NCBI GenBank assembly: GCA_044234435.1
Contig: JBIIIT010000002.1
Location: forward strand, 1-47,822
DNA: 47,822 nucleotides
Source of the DNA: Candidatus Saccharimonadia bacterium
GTDB taxonomy: Bacteria; Patescibacteriota; Saccharimonadia; CAILAD01; BJGX01
Reading direction: 5' to 3'
Shown: in pieces, positions 30,282 through 39,321 of the stretch
How the letters are laid out: each line of letters starts with the position of its first letter
How positions within the stretch are numbered: the stretch's first letter is position 1
The notes under the pieces: generated by a model
What the model was told of the DNA's origin: nothing
The model's database searches: none
The model's input: only the letters and a program-made list of their open reading frames with translations
Position numbers and translations under genes: made by a program

Positions 30282-30911
30282 ATGAAAACTTCAGAAAAAT
30301 TAATTCAATCAGAACGATATTCCAAAAATAGAGTAGAAAATTTAAGTGATGGCGTATTTGGCTTTGCAATGACGCTATTGGTACTTAATATCGCAATCCC
30401 TAATAGCAGTATTATTACTAGCAATAATGAATTGTGGCAGGCTATTTCTGGCCAGGGCCGCGCATTTTTGAGCTTTACAATTGCGTTTTTCATACTGGCC
30501 TCAATGTGGAGTCTACACGTTAGACAGTTTGAAAATTTACAGAAGGTCGATAGGCGCTTTGTTTTTATAAATTCAATCCGGCTTTTTATAGCGATCTTGA
30601 TAGCTTTCAGTACTGGTATTGCCAGCAGCTACGAAAATCTTGAATTAGCCAGAATGATATTGCCAATCAACTTATTACTATTAGCTATCATCGGTTCAAT
30701 ACAGTGGCATTATGCAGTTTATTCTAAACCTCCGCTTCTTACTGGAATTACCGAAGAAGAAAAGCGAATGCACAAAATAAGAGCGCTAATATTTATTTTG
30801 TTTTCAAGTATTACTGTAATTGGATCTTATTTTATTGGAGAATTGGCTTTTATTATATTTGCATTTATGCCGATTGCCATAAGAATTACCAGGATAAGGA
30901 ATGACCAGTAA
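30282..30911 (+). CDS. TMEM175/DUF1211 family potassium channel-like protein
   Basis: RVENLSDGVFGFAMTLLVL signature helix 1 and six TM helices. Confidence 0.75.
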   Translation: MKTSEKLIQSERYSKNRVENLSDGVFGFAMTLLVLNIAIPNSSIITSNNELWQAISGQGRAFLSFTIAFFILASMWSLHVRQFENLQKVDRRFVFINSIRLFIAILIAFSTGIASSYENLELARMILPINLLLLAIIGSIQWHYAVYSKPPLLTGITEEEKRMHKIRALIFILFSSITVIGSYFIGELAFIIFAFMPIAIRITRIRNDQ

Positions 30912-30957
30912 TGTTAAAATGTTTGTGCTTATAGCATTGAGTGATACTATATAAAAG

Positions 30958-32217
30958 ATGACTGATCTTTATCCAAGAAACCCATCTAATCCACTCAACC
31001 CCGAAGTTAAAAGACCTGAAGGGCGCTTTGAAGTAGGTTCAGAGACGATTGCTAAGAATAATCCCAACGAAGACACTACTCTTGTTGATGAGTCTTTAGA
31101 TTTGTATGCGATATTTGATGGTGCGGGTGGTCACGAAGGTGGAGTTGATGCATCAAAAAAGTCTGCAAGAGAAATTAGAAAAGCATATCAAATAGATAAA
31201 AATGCAGATATGGCTATTTCTTTGGCTGAAGCATCTAAATCAATAGAGCGTGGACACGCCACAGCTGCAGTGGTTAAGGTAGTTGAAGGATCTCAGACAT
31301 CTGAATCATGCAAAATACAATTCGCAACCGTTGGCGATAGTAGGGTTTATATAATAAACAAAGACGGCTCCTTGAGGGGAGTAACAACTGATAATATATC
31401 TACCTACTCTAGCCAGGAAGACCGCACAGCTGCTCACCTGAAACAGGCTAGATTCTCTAACTTCAAAGACTATGATGATATGACAGAGGATGAATGGATA
31501 CAATTTAACCGAAGGAACATCATATATGCATCTATGGGTGGGGATGATCCTAATGCGGTAGTATACGAGGAAATAATCCATGACGGAGACTTAGTCTTGA
31601 TAACATCAGATGGTGTTCATGATAATCTCACGGATGCCGAGATTCTTGAATTGGTAAACTCTGGCTTATCTGCCCAAGAAATTGCTAGCTCAATTGCTCA
31701 AAAGTCAAAGTCTCGATCAAAAGAAGGGCATATCAGATCTAAGCCCGATGACACTTCTGTACTGGCCTTGCGGTATAAAGGGGGCTCTGACTCAAATATC
31801 GAAGCTCCACTGGAAGTTCTGGATGAATCTGAAAATGAGATATCCAAGCAAACATCTCTTAAGAGGGGTGAGTCTATTGAGTTCCCTCTGCTGGGCGAAA
31901 AATTTCCTATGGAATTATATCTTGGAGCATTCAAATTAAATCTAAGTTTGAGAGAAAATTCAGATAAAAAAAGTGTACTGGTTTCTGTGCCCGAAAAATC
32001 TGCTGGCGAATACCTATCGGGCATGTATCTTTTTGAAATACCTATTTCAGAAGAGCCAACTGAGGTAGTAATCGGTAGGAATGAAGAAACAGAGAATCTT
32101 CTTAAAGTAAATCTGCCGGATACGGTTTCGAGAGAACACATAATTATCTCCTTAAGTGAAGACGGCCTGAAAATAACCGACACCAGCACCAACGGCACAG
32201 AAATTGTTACTAAGTAA
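30958..32217 (+). CDS. PP2C-family Ser/Thr phosphatase fused to C-terminal FHA domain
   Basis: AIFDGAGGHEGG and ITSDGVHDNL PP2C metal motifs. C-terminal GRNEE...VSREHIIIS...TDTSTNGT FHA pattern. Confidence 0.8.
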   Translation: MTDLYPRNPSNPLNPEVKRPEGRFEVGSETIAKNNPNEDTTLVDESLDLYAIFDGAGGHEGGVDASKKSAREIRKAYQIDKNADMAISLAEASKSIERGHATAAVVKVVEGSQTSESCKIQFATVGDSRVYIINKDGSLRGVTTDNISTYSSQEDRTAAHLKQARFSNFKDYDDMTEDEWIQFNRRNIIYASMGGDDPNAVVYEEIIHDGDLVLITSDGVHDNLTDAEILELVNSGLSAQEIASSIAQKSKSRSKEGHIRSKPDDTSVLALRYKGGSDSNIEAPLEVLDESENEISKQTSLKRGESIEFPLLGEKFPMELYLGAFKLNLSLRENSDKKSVLVSVPEKSAGEYLSGMYLFEIPISEEPTEVVIGRNEETENLLKVNLPDTVSREHIIISLSEDGLKITDTSTNGTEIVTK

Positions 32218-32261
32218 TATAGCATTCTGTGTTTAAATTCCACTTATGTTAAAATGAATAT

Positions 32262-33833
32262 ATGGATAACAATTCGCCTGAGCAACCTCAAAATAATAGC
32301 AGCCCTGAACAACCAAATACTAATTTGCCAAATAACGACGCCGGCAATCCGATTAAACCAGCTCCAGTAAGACTTGCTGGACAGGAAGACTCTACTTTTG
32401 GTCAGCCTTCGATGTCAGCGCAAACTGCACAGCCCAGGGTAGCGCCAATGAATCCTTCAATGATGCAAGCCACGCCTCCAGCACGACCTAGGGGTAGAAT
32501 GATAATTATTGTTGTAGGAATTTTGGCACTCCTTTCAGGCATAGTAGCTTTGATATTCTATTTTTCTTATTGGATAAACCCTAGTGTTGTGTTTTCAAGA
32601 TTTCAAAGAAACGCTAATAATGTTCTATTACAGGCGATTACTAATCAGTCAAAATTAATAAGCAATGTTAAGTATAGCCTAACAGCCGAGTCTACAGACT
32701 CTGATTTAAGAGCAGGCATTACATCAAGCGGTAAAGCATTGGAATCAAGTTCGGAGAGTATTAGTACTTTAACCTACAAAAATAGCACTCTCGGCTTAGA
32801 ATTCAAACAGCCACCACCCAATAATGGCCAAAGCATACTATATTTTAAATACCAAAATCTTAATAAGTTTCTAGTCGATACTATCGGCACAAAGCAGGTT
32901 AAGAATCTTGGATTACAGACTGCTGGAATCCAAAAATACGATAATAAATGGATATCTTTAGATACGAGCTCCTTATTGGCATCTCCCAGTAGTAGCGAGC
33001 CTACAAATACAACAGACGCAACGTTGTCTCAATCGGACTACGACTCGTTAAATAAGGCGTTTGCGCCCATCATTGCAACCGCCATCTCAGGAACAGATAA
33101 AAAGAAAGCGATATTTAGCTACGATAAGCCTAAGTCAGAAAGAGTCAACGGTATAGACACCTACGCCTATAGCATGAAATACAATCAAGAAGCATATAAT
33201 ACTATGATTAGTGACCTCTCTTCTGCAGTCGATTCTACATCATTATCCGATAGAAAAAAAACCGATATCAAAACTGCCTTAGAGGGCTTCGTGCAGCAAT
33301 CTGATGCAAATAACAGCGGAGGCAATGAAACAGAACTACGCGATACGCCTCTCGAACTTAACGAAGATCAAAATGACATAACCCAAAGTATTAGCAACTC
33401 CCTATCGGAAAATAAAACCTCTACAACTTTTACAATTTGGCTCGAAAAGAATACATCACTTCCTGTTCAGATATCAATCGTTACTGATATTACCAATGCT
33501 GGCAGCTTAACAAACCAAACTACTTTCAAAACAAATGTCAAAACATTCAGTAGCTCATCATTTACAGGGGAAATATCTTTAGTGTCAATTGATAAGAAGA
33601 ATAATTTTAACTTAGTAGATTCTAAGATTGGGTACACAATAAATCCAAACAGTAGCAAAATTGAGCTATCCGGAACGACAATATACAAAGCCTCCAAAGA
33701 TGCTAAAGATAACAATTTCAAGTTAGAATTAACGTTGGAACCCAGCACTGATAATACACCTGTTCAAAAGCCAGCTCAGTCCACCAAATTTGAAACAGTG
33801 TTACAGCAAATATTGAACACCTCAGCCCGATAA
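32262..33833 (+). CDS. Membrane-anchored hypothetical protein with Pro/Gln-rich N-terminus (523 aa)
   Basis: Low-complexity N-terminus, one TM (MIIIVVGILALLSGIVALIFYF) and a large Ser/Thr/Asn-rich extracytoplasmic domain. Confidence 0.6.
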   Translation: MDNNSPEQPQNNSSPEQPNTNLPNNDAGNPIKPAPVRLAGQEDSTFGQPSMSAQTAQPRVAPMNPSMMQATPPARPRGRMIIIVVGILALLSGIVALIFYFSYWINPSVVFSRFQRNANNVLLQAITNQSKLISNVKYSLTAESTDSDLRAGITSSGKALESSSESISTLTYKNSTLGLEFKQPPPNNGQSILYFKYQNLNKFLVDTIGTKQVKNLGLQTAGIQKYDNKWISLDTSSLLASPSSSEPTNTTDATLSQSDYDSLNKAFAPIIATAISGTDKKKAIFSYDKPKSERVNGIDTYAYSMKYNQEAYNTMISDLSSAVDSTSLSDRKKTDIKTALEGFVQQSDANNSGGNETELRDTPLELNEDQNDITQSISNSLSENKTSTTFTIWLEKNTSLPVQISIVTDITNAGSLTNQTTFKTNVKTFSSSSFTGEISLVSIDKKNNFNLVDSKIGYTINPNSSKIELSGTTIYKASKDAKDNNFKLELTLEPSTDNTPVQKPAQSTKFETVLQQILNTSAR

Positions 33834-33852
33834 TTGCTATATAATATAGCTC

Positions 33853-34566
33853 ATGAAACCATACGCAGTATTTGATCTTGACGGCACACTAATCCGCTGG
33901 CAATTATTTCATGTGATTGTCGATAGGCTCGGCAAGACTGGCCGAATCGATAAAAAGACCTACCAAGACATACTAGATTCGCGTATGGCCTGGAAACGCC
34001 GTGAAGAAATAGATGGCTTTGATAGATACCAAATTAAGCTTATTGAGGCCTACAATTCGATTGTGACCAATTTAAGCCAGCTTGAGCTGGAAGAGCTGGC
34101 AAACCGAGCATTCGAGGAACATAAGGACCAAAGCTATGTGTATACCCGTAATTTAATGAAAGATCTAAAATCCAAAGGCTATATGCTTTTTGCAATATCA
34201 GGCTCATTTAGCGAAGTAGTTCAGTTAATAGCCAAGCACTATGGCTTTGATGATTCAGCCGGGACTATGCATGCTAAAAGCAAAGGAAAGTTCACCGGAG
34301 GTATAGATGTAGTCCAGTATGAACGAAAGGTCGATATGCTAGACCAGCTTAAGAAAAAATATAAGCTAACCGATGAAGGTAGCGTTGCCGTAGGCGATTC
34401 AATGGGTGATTACGCGATATTAAAGCATGTGCAAAATCCAATTGTGTTTAACCCGGCTCGGGAATTATTTATAAAAGCCCAAGATCATGGCTGGAAGATA
34501 GTGGTAGAGCGCAAGAACGTTATTTATGAAATGACCAAGCAGGGCAATGACTATATAGTTAAATAA
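33853..34566 (+). CDS. HAD-IB family hydrolase (phosphoserine phosphatase-like)
   Basis: FDLDGTL motif I, ISGS motif II, K...GDSMGD motifs III/IV. Confidence 0.8.
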   Translation: MKPYAVFDLDGTLIRWQLFHVIVDRLGKTGRIDKKTYQDILDSRMAWKRREEIDGFDRYQIKLIEAYNSIVTNLSQLELEELANRAFEEHKDQSYVYTRNLMKDLKSKGYMLFAISGSFSEVVQLIAKHYGFDDSAGTMHAKSKGKFTGGIDVVQYERKVDMLDQLKKKYKLTDEGSVAVGDSMGDYAILKHVQNPIVFNPARELFIKAQDHGWKIVVERKNVIYEMTKQGNDYIVK

Positions 34567-34611
34567 AAATAATGTTGACAGCATTACTTTACTTTGGTAA
34601 AGTATATCATT

Positions 34612-34932
34612 ATGAAAAACAGCAACAAAATTTGGTCCGATAAAGCCAAGCTAAATTTTGCAAATTCTCTTACGGACATTAGAGATGCCGATTTAATGAT
34701 GAGTTTTTTAGGTGATATTATGACGCAAAAAGAAATTGCTGAAATGTCCGCAAGGCTAGAGGCTGCGAAAATGCTCACAAGAGGCGAAAATTATATTTTA
34801 ATCACAGACAAAACCAAATTAAGCAGTCGTACTGTTGCCCGCATTAGTAATTGGCTTAAGAATGGCTATGGTGGCTATGAAAAAGTGATAGCTATGGGAG
34901 AATCACATATTAAGCCAGCACGCGCTGACTAA
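34612..34932 (+). CDS. YerC/YecD (TrpR-like) family DNA-binding protein
   Basis: About 106 aa with L..LLT..E...L..R..I...L and an SSRTVARISN helix-turn-helix. TTGACA-17-TAAAGT lies upstream. The ATG at 34612 is preferred. Confidence 0.65.
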   Translation: MKNSNKIWSDKAKLNFANSLTDIRDADLMMSFLGDIMTQKEIAEMSARLEAAKMLTRGENYILITDKTKLSSRTVARISNWLKNGYGGYEKVIAMGESHIKPARAD

Positions 34933-34954
34933 TTTTTGAGATATTTATTTTTTA

Positions 34955-34980
34955 GCCAGCGACTGCTGGCCCTTTTTATT
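34955..34980 (+). terminator. Intrinsic terminator
   Basis: GCCAGC-gact-GCTGGC followed by CCTTTTTATTT. Confidence 0.6.
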
Positions 34981-35004
34981 TATCAATAATCAGAAAGGAA
35001 TAAT

Positions 35005-35547
35005 ATGAAAAAATTACAAATCGGAATAATTGGCTCGTGCAGCGATCTAAAGTACTCACCAAAAGCCGAAGAATTTGCGGCTAGTCTCGGTAAACTCATA
35101 GCTAAATCTGGCAACACTCTTATTTATGGAGCAGAAAAAGATATAAATTCACTACCGACTATTGCCGCCAAGTCAGCCAGAGACTCAGGAGGTAACACTG
35201 TTGGAGTAACATACGAAAAAGGACTGGAGCTTTTTGAAGACGCGGCTTCCACTGTAGTCATAGCTTCTGGATTAGTTCGGGGCGGAGGACGTGAAACTAC
35301 ATTAATGCTAAGTTGCGATGTGGCCATAGCAATCTCCGGCGGATCTGGAACACTGAATGAAATATGTGTTGCTTACCAGGCAAATATCCCAGTTGTGGCA
35401 GTAGTTGGCTTTGGAGGCTGGAGTGAAAAGCTAGCAAATGAGTATTTAGACGACAGAAAAAGATATAAATTCAAAAGTGCTTCTAGTCCAGAAGAAATTC
35501 TAAGCTTAGCGATTAAATCCACCAGGCAAACAACAACTGTTGTATAA
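35005..35547 (+). CDS. LOG/TIGR00725-like (SLOG superfamily) Rossmann protein
   Basis: IGIIGS start and an SGGSGTLNE block (PGGxGTxxE-like). Confidence 0.7.
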   Translation: MKKLQIGIIGSCSDLKYSPKAEEFAASLGKLIAKSGNTLIYGAEKDINSLPTIAAKSARDSGGNTVGVTYEKGLELFEDAASTVVIASGLVRGGGRETTLMLSCDVAIAISGGSGTLNEICVAYQANIPVVAVVGFGGWSEKLANEYLDDRKRYKFKSASSPEEILSLAIKSTRQTTTVV

Positions 35548-35554
35548 TACTTGA

Positions 35555-37090
35555 ATGGCAAAAGTAATACTCTCTAAGTCCGAATACATGATGTATTTAA
35601 AGCACCCAGCTTGGCTGTGGCTAAAAAAGCACGACAAATCAAAACTTCCAGAAGTTAGTGCTGATCTTCAAGCGATGTTCGATGCTGGCCATAATTTCGA
35701 AAAGTACGCCGAAGCTCACTTCCCAGATGCCGTAATGCTCGGCTTTAATGATTTCAGTGAATATAGCAGTTTACCCCAAAAAACAGCCGATGCACTCAAA
35801 AATGGTGCCAAGACTATTTTTCAAGGACGGTTTGAAGCAGAGAACATTACATTTATTTGCGATGTCTTGAGGGTTGTCGGCCAAAACGAAGTTGATCTCT
35901 ATGAAATTAAATCCAGCACTAAGGTCAAAACTGACCACATTTTAGATCTAGCATTCCAGGTAACTGTGCTAGAAAAATGCGGCTATGCAGTTCGCGATGT
36001 TTTTGTAATGCATGTAGATACTAATTATGTTCGCAAAGGGGAGATAGATAGCAAACAAATAGTAGCTACCGAAAATGTTACCGAAGATGTTAAATCTGAA
36101 CTTAATCGTACTGCTCGACATATCAAGGGGGCACTTGAAGTAATCCAAAGCTCTGAGATGCCAGACCCAACACCTGCACGATGTGCACTCGGATCATATA
36201 AAGAATGGCTAGAGGTATATAAAAATATCCGACCGCTCGAAGAGGGTAGCATATTTGAACTCTGCAGATTAAACCCTAAAACTGTTCGCTTGCTTGAAGA
36301 GGAAAATATCATAAGGCTAGCCGATATTCCAGAACAGATTGTTGATAAAAAACAACAAAAATGGCAAATTCGAGCTGTCCAAAAAGGCGAGCCGATAGTC
36401 GATAAGGAAAAAATTAAAAAGTTTCTCGCAAAACTTGAATATCCACTTTACTTCTTTGATTACGAGACTCTTTCTGATGTTGTGCCTCCATATGACAACA
36501 CCACGCCATATGAACAAATTCCTTTCCAATATTCTCTGCATGTATTGGAATCGCCGTCTAGCGAGCTGAAGCATATGGGCTACCTTCATGACACCATAGA
36601 TAATCCAGCAAAACCCCTAAGCGAAACATTAAAAGGGCAGATTGGTGATAAGGGCACAGTAATTGCCTGGAATATGAGCTTTGAAAAGGGTTGCAATACT
36701 CGACTAGGTCGAATCGAGCCAAACTACAAAGTATTTTATGAGGACTTAAATTCCAGAATGGCAGATCTTATGATTCCTTTTAGTAATGGCTATTATATCG
36801 ATGCAAAATTTGGTGGTAGCGCTAGTATAAAAAATGTTCTGCCTGTTTTGGTTCCAGAGCTGAGCTATAAGGAGCTAGGCATTCAAGAAGGGGGTAGTGC
36901 TCAGCGGTCTTGGATGGACGCCGTACTATACGAAAAACGAAACGATAAAGACCAAGTACTAAAGGATCTCGAAGAATATTGCAAACTCGATACCTTAGCA
37001 ATGGTCGAGATATTTAATTTCTTAACTAAACTTGTTGCTGGGGAAGGTGGTAATGCCTCAAGACCCGAACAGCTTAGTATTGAGCTATAA
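35555..37090 (+). CDS. DUF2779-type protein: N-terminal PD-(D/E)xK nuclease + C-terminal DEDD-like exonuclease fold
   Basis: LSKSEYMMYLKHPAWLWL start typical of DUF2779. DLYEIKSS (D..E.K) motif. FFDYET (DxE) and YCKLDT (Yx3D) exonuclease-like motifs. Confidence 0.7.
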   Translation: MAKVILSKSEYMMYLKHPAWLWLKKHDKSKLPEVSADLQAMFDAGHNFEKYAEAHFPDAVMLGFNDFSEYSSLPQKTADALKNGAKTIFQGRFEAENITFICDVLRVVGQNEVDLYEIKSSTKVKTDHILDLAFQVTVLEKCGYAVRDVFVMHVDTNYVRKGEIDSKQIVATENVTEDVKSELNRTARHIKGALEVIQSSEMPDPTPARCALGSYKEWLEVYKNIRPLEEGSIFELCRLNPKTVRLLEEENIIRLADIPEQIVDKKQQKWQIRAVQKGEPIVDKEKIKKFLAKLEYPLYFFDYETLSDVVPPYDNTTPYEQIPFQYSLHVLESPSSELKHMGYLHDTIDNPAKPLSETLKGQIGDKGTVIAWNMSFEKGCNTRLGRIEPNYKVFYEDLNSRMADLMIPFSNGYYIDAKFGGSASIKNVLPVLVPELSYKELGIQEGGSAQRSWMDAVLYEKRNDKDQVLKDLEEYCKLDTLAMVEIFNFLTKLVAGEGGNASRPEQLSIEL

Positions 37091-37092
37091 AT

Positions 37093-37117
37093 AAAAACTA
37101 CCTACTGGCGTAGGTAG
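37093..37117 (-). terminator. Intrinsic terminator (minus-strand T-tail; hairpin also abuts the plus-strand DUF2779 stop)
   Basis: CTACCTAC-gcca-GTAGGTAG followed by TTTTT on the minus strand. Confidence 0.6.
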
Positions 37118-37132
37118 CGCTAGGTACAAACT

Positions 37133-37294
37133 TTACTTTTCATAGTACTTCAAAATTGAGTAGAAAAAGTAAACACCAATGATTATTGGAATGGAAGAAA
37201 TAAGAGGTGCAAAATATATTGCTGCCACCAATAGAGAGATAGATACAGAAAATCCTATCCAAAGCTTAGCGCTGTAATGCAATTTTGTTTGCAT
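37133..37294 (-). CDS. Small two-TM membrane protein (53 aa), not in ORF track
   Basis: GGAG lies 5 nt before the ATG at 37294. The product MQTKLHYSAKLWIGFSVSISLLVAAIYFAPLISSIPIIIGVYFFYSILKYYEK ends at TAA (37133-37135), just before the terminator. Confidence 0.5.
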   Translation of the reverse strand: MQTKLHYSAKLWIGFSVSISLLVAAIYFAPLISSIPIIIGVYFFYSILKYYEK

Positions 37295-37302
37295 TTTATC
37301 TC

Positions 37303-37569
37303 CTATCTTGTATCCGGGTGGTCTTCAACCTTACAGTTCTTCAGAACAAATGTAGCAACAGCATAAAGCTCGAAGCTAAGGTAATGACCGTTCGTAAAGT
37401 CTCTGAAATACATATCGTAATCTAAGAAATTTGTGACATTAATTGCGATAACACGACTCTTAGATTCAATAATTGCTATAAGGGACTGATCTGGCAAAAT
37501 TTTTGGCATGTGTCTTGGAGGGCCGGGGATGTACCTACCAAGATTTTCTATCAAGCTTGGCTTGTACAT
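37303..37569 (-). CDS. Hypothetical protein (88 aa)
   Basis: GGAAGGA SD. Shares the LG-Y---PP---PKI----SLIA motif with 26521-26868. Confidence 0.5.
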   Translation of the reverse strand: MYKPSLIENLGRYIPGPPRHMPKILPDQSLIAIIESKSRVIAINVTNFLDYDMYFRDFTNGHYLSFELYAVATFVLKNCKVEDHPDTR

Positions 37570-37635
37570 CGTCCTTCCTTTGATAGGTGCGAAGTGCGGA
37601 TATTATCCCACTTTTAACTAAACTATGCAATTAAG

Positions 37636-39264
37636 CTATGATTCAGATCCTTCTCTGAGCTTTAAATCACTTACTTTTTCAATTTTGACATCAGGAATGT
37701 TTCTAGATAGAAAAAGAGACATTACCGATAGAAATATCAAAAGAACCATTGCCTGCTTCAATCCAGCCAACTGCGAAGAGGTGTATAGCTCAACAATACC
37801 TTGCGTTTGCTCTTCGTTATAGCCTTTTGATTTAACCTCATCTTCAACTTGCTGTGTGGAGAGTATAGGTATTCCCTTGTTGGCCTGTTCGGCCACAGCC
37901 TGCTTTATGTTGTCTGGTATTTGAGCGTCTGCCGATACCTTTGCGCTAAAACCACTAGACAACGTCATTATAAGTACTGAGCCAATAATTGCTGTGCCAA
38001 ATGACGAACCAATATTTTGCGCGGTTCCTTGCATACCGCCAACTTCGCTAGAATGGCGCCTATCTACAGCGTTCATATTAATATTACCAAGCTGTGAGGC
38101 AAGAAGTCCTAGCCCAGCCCCAAGCAAAAACATACCTATAAATAACGGGGCGCCGGTAAGCTCAGGGTCAATCGTGGTAGTTATAATCACCACACCAGCA
38201 ATCAAAAGCAATTGTCCGAATTTAACAATTCTTTTAGGGCTAAATTTTTGCACCAATTTCGACCCAAACATCGAAAAAAGTATCAGAGAGATTGAAAGTG
38301 GCAATATCCTTATTCCAGTTTCAAGTGCATCCAAGCCAATCACCATCTGTAGATAAATCGGGAGCACAAAAAATACCGCACCGACTATTAAATATTGCGA
38401 AGTCAATACACCCAGGCCGCTTCGTAGCTGCGGAATCTTTATTACGCTTACATCCAAAAGTGGAGTTTTACCTTTATTGATAAGGCTTTGCTGGCGGCTC
38501 ATAAACCAGCTTAGTAGGACTATTCCTGCAAAAATTAAATATGTAACAATAGATATTCCAAACGGCGCAAGCTGGTATCCAAAGACTTCAGGAACAGTCA
38601 TTGGCTTGACCCAACCCCAAACCTTGCTTTGAAGTATACCAAACACCAACAGCGCCATACCGCCAGCCGATAATATGACGCTCAACATGTCTAGTTTTAC
38701 ATTTTTAGTCTTGTTAGATTCTGGCACGGCTCTGTGCAGCAAAAGGATTCCAATCACAATAAGAGTTTCGAATGCGAACACAAACCTCCAGCTCAAGTAG
38801 GTGGTTACGAATCCGCCAATCAATGGCCCAGCCGCTGCCGCAGCTCCAGCCACAGCGCCAATAATTGCAAAGGCTGTTATGCGATCTTTACCCTCATACC
38901 TTGAGGCAACCAAAGCTGCTACTGCAGGGATTACCAATACTGCGCCTAGGCCCTCTATGAGCGACCAACCCAGCATCAGAGAAGCAATATTTGGGCTTAT
39001 TGCTGTTATAAAAGAGCCGACTCCATATATACTAAGCCCGATCAAAAATGCCTTTTTGCGGCCCAAGATATCTCCGAGCTTTCCACCGGTAAGCATGAAC
39101 GCAGCCATGGTCAGTGTAAAAAAAGTAATTGCCGCCTGCATGGCAGCTACCGACGTTCCCAAATCCTTCACGACTGTAGATATTGAAACGTTCATTACAG
39201 TACTATCAAGCACCATTATAAATTGGGCTGATGCCAATATTATTATTGCCGACCATTTCTTCAT
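37636..39264 (-). CDS. MFS transporter, DHA2 (EmrB/QacA-like, 14 TM) family
   Basis: 542 aa, 14 hydrophobic helices. GKLGDILGRKK motif A and PLIGG motif C. Confidence 0.85.
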   Translation of the reverse strand: MKKWSAIIILASAQFIMVLDSTVMNVSISTVVKDLGTSVAAMQAAITFFTLTMAAFMLTGGKLGDILGRKKAFLIGLSIYGVGSFITAISPNIASLMLGWSLIEGLGAVLVIPAVAALVASRYEGKDRITAFAIIGAVAGAAAAAGPLIGGFVTTYLSWRFVFAFETLIVIGILLLHRAVPESNKTKNVKLDMLSVILSAGGMALLVFGILQSKVWGWVKPMTVPEVFGYQLAPFGISIVTYLIFAGIVLLSWFMSRQQSLINKGKTPLLDVSVIKIPQLRSGLGVLTSQYLIVGAVFFVLPIYLQMVIGLDALETGIRILPLSISLILFSMFGSKLVQKFSPKRIVKFGQLLLIAGVVIITTTIDPELTGAPLFIGMFLLGAGLGLLASQLGNINMNAVDRRHSSEVGGMQGTAQNIGSSFGTAIIGSVLIMTLSSGFSAKVSADAQIPDNIKQAVAEQANKGIPILSTQQVEDEVKSKGYNEEQTQGIVELYTSSQLAGLKQAMVLLIFLSVMSLFLSRNIPDVKIEKVSDLKLREGSES

Positions 39265-39321
39265 AATTCAATTATAAATTACGGTAAATAAAGTATCTAG
39301 TAACATGCTATTATTATATGT

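Noticed and set aside
37580-37615. Imperfect palindrome AAGTGCGGATATTATCCCACTT upstream of the 88-aa gene
   Set aside because: Only a 5-bp outer stem plus a short inner palindrome, with no T-tail and no second copy. That is not enough to call an operator or terminator.
37625-39277. Plus-strand ORFs (65, 120, 62 and 158 aa) overlapping the MFS transporter
   Set aside because: They are antisense to a 14-TM MFS gene with clear family motifs. Their products are Pro/Ala/Ser-rich mirror-frame artefacts.
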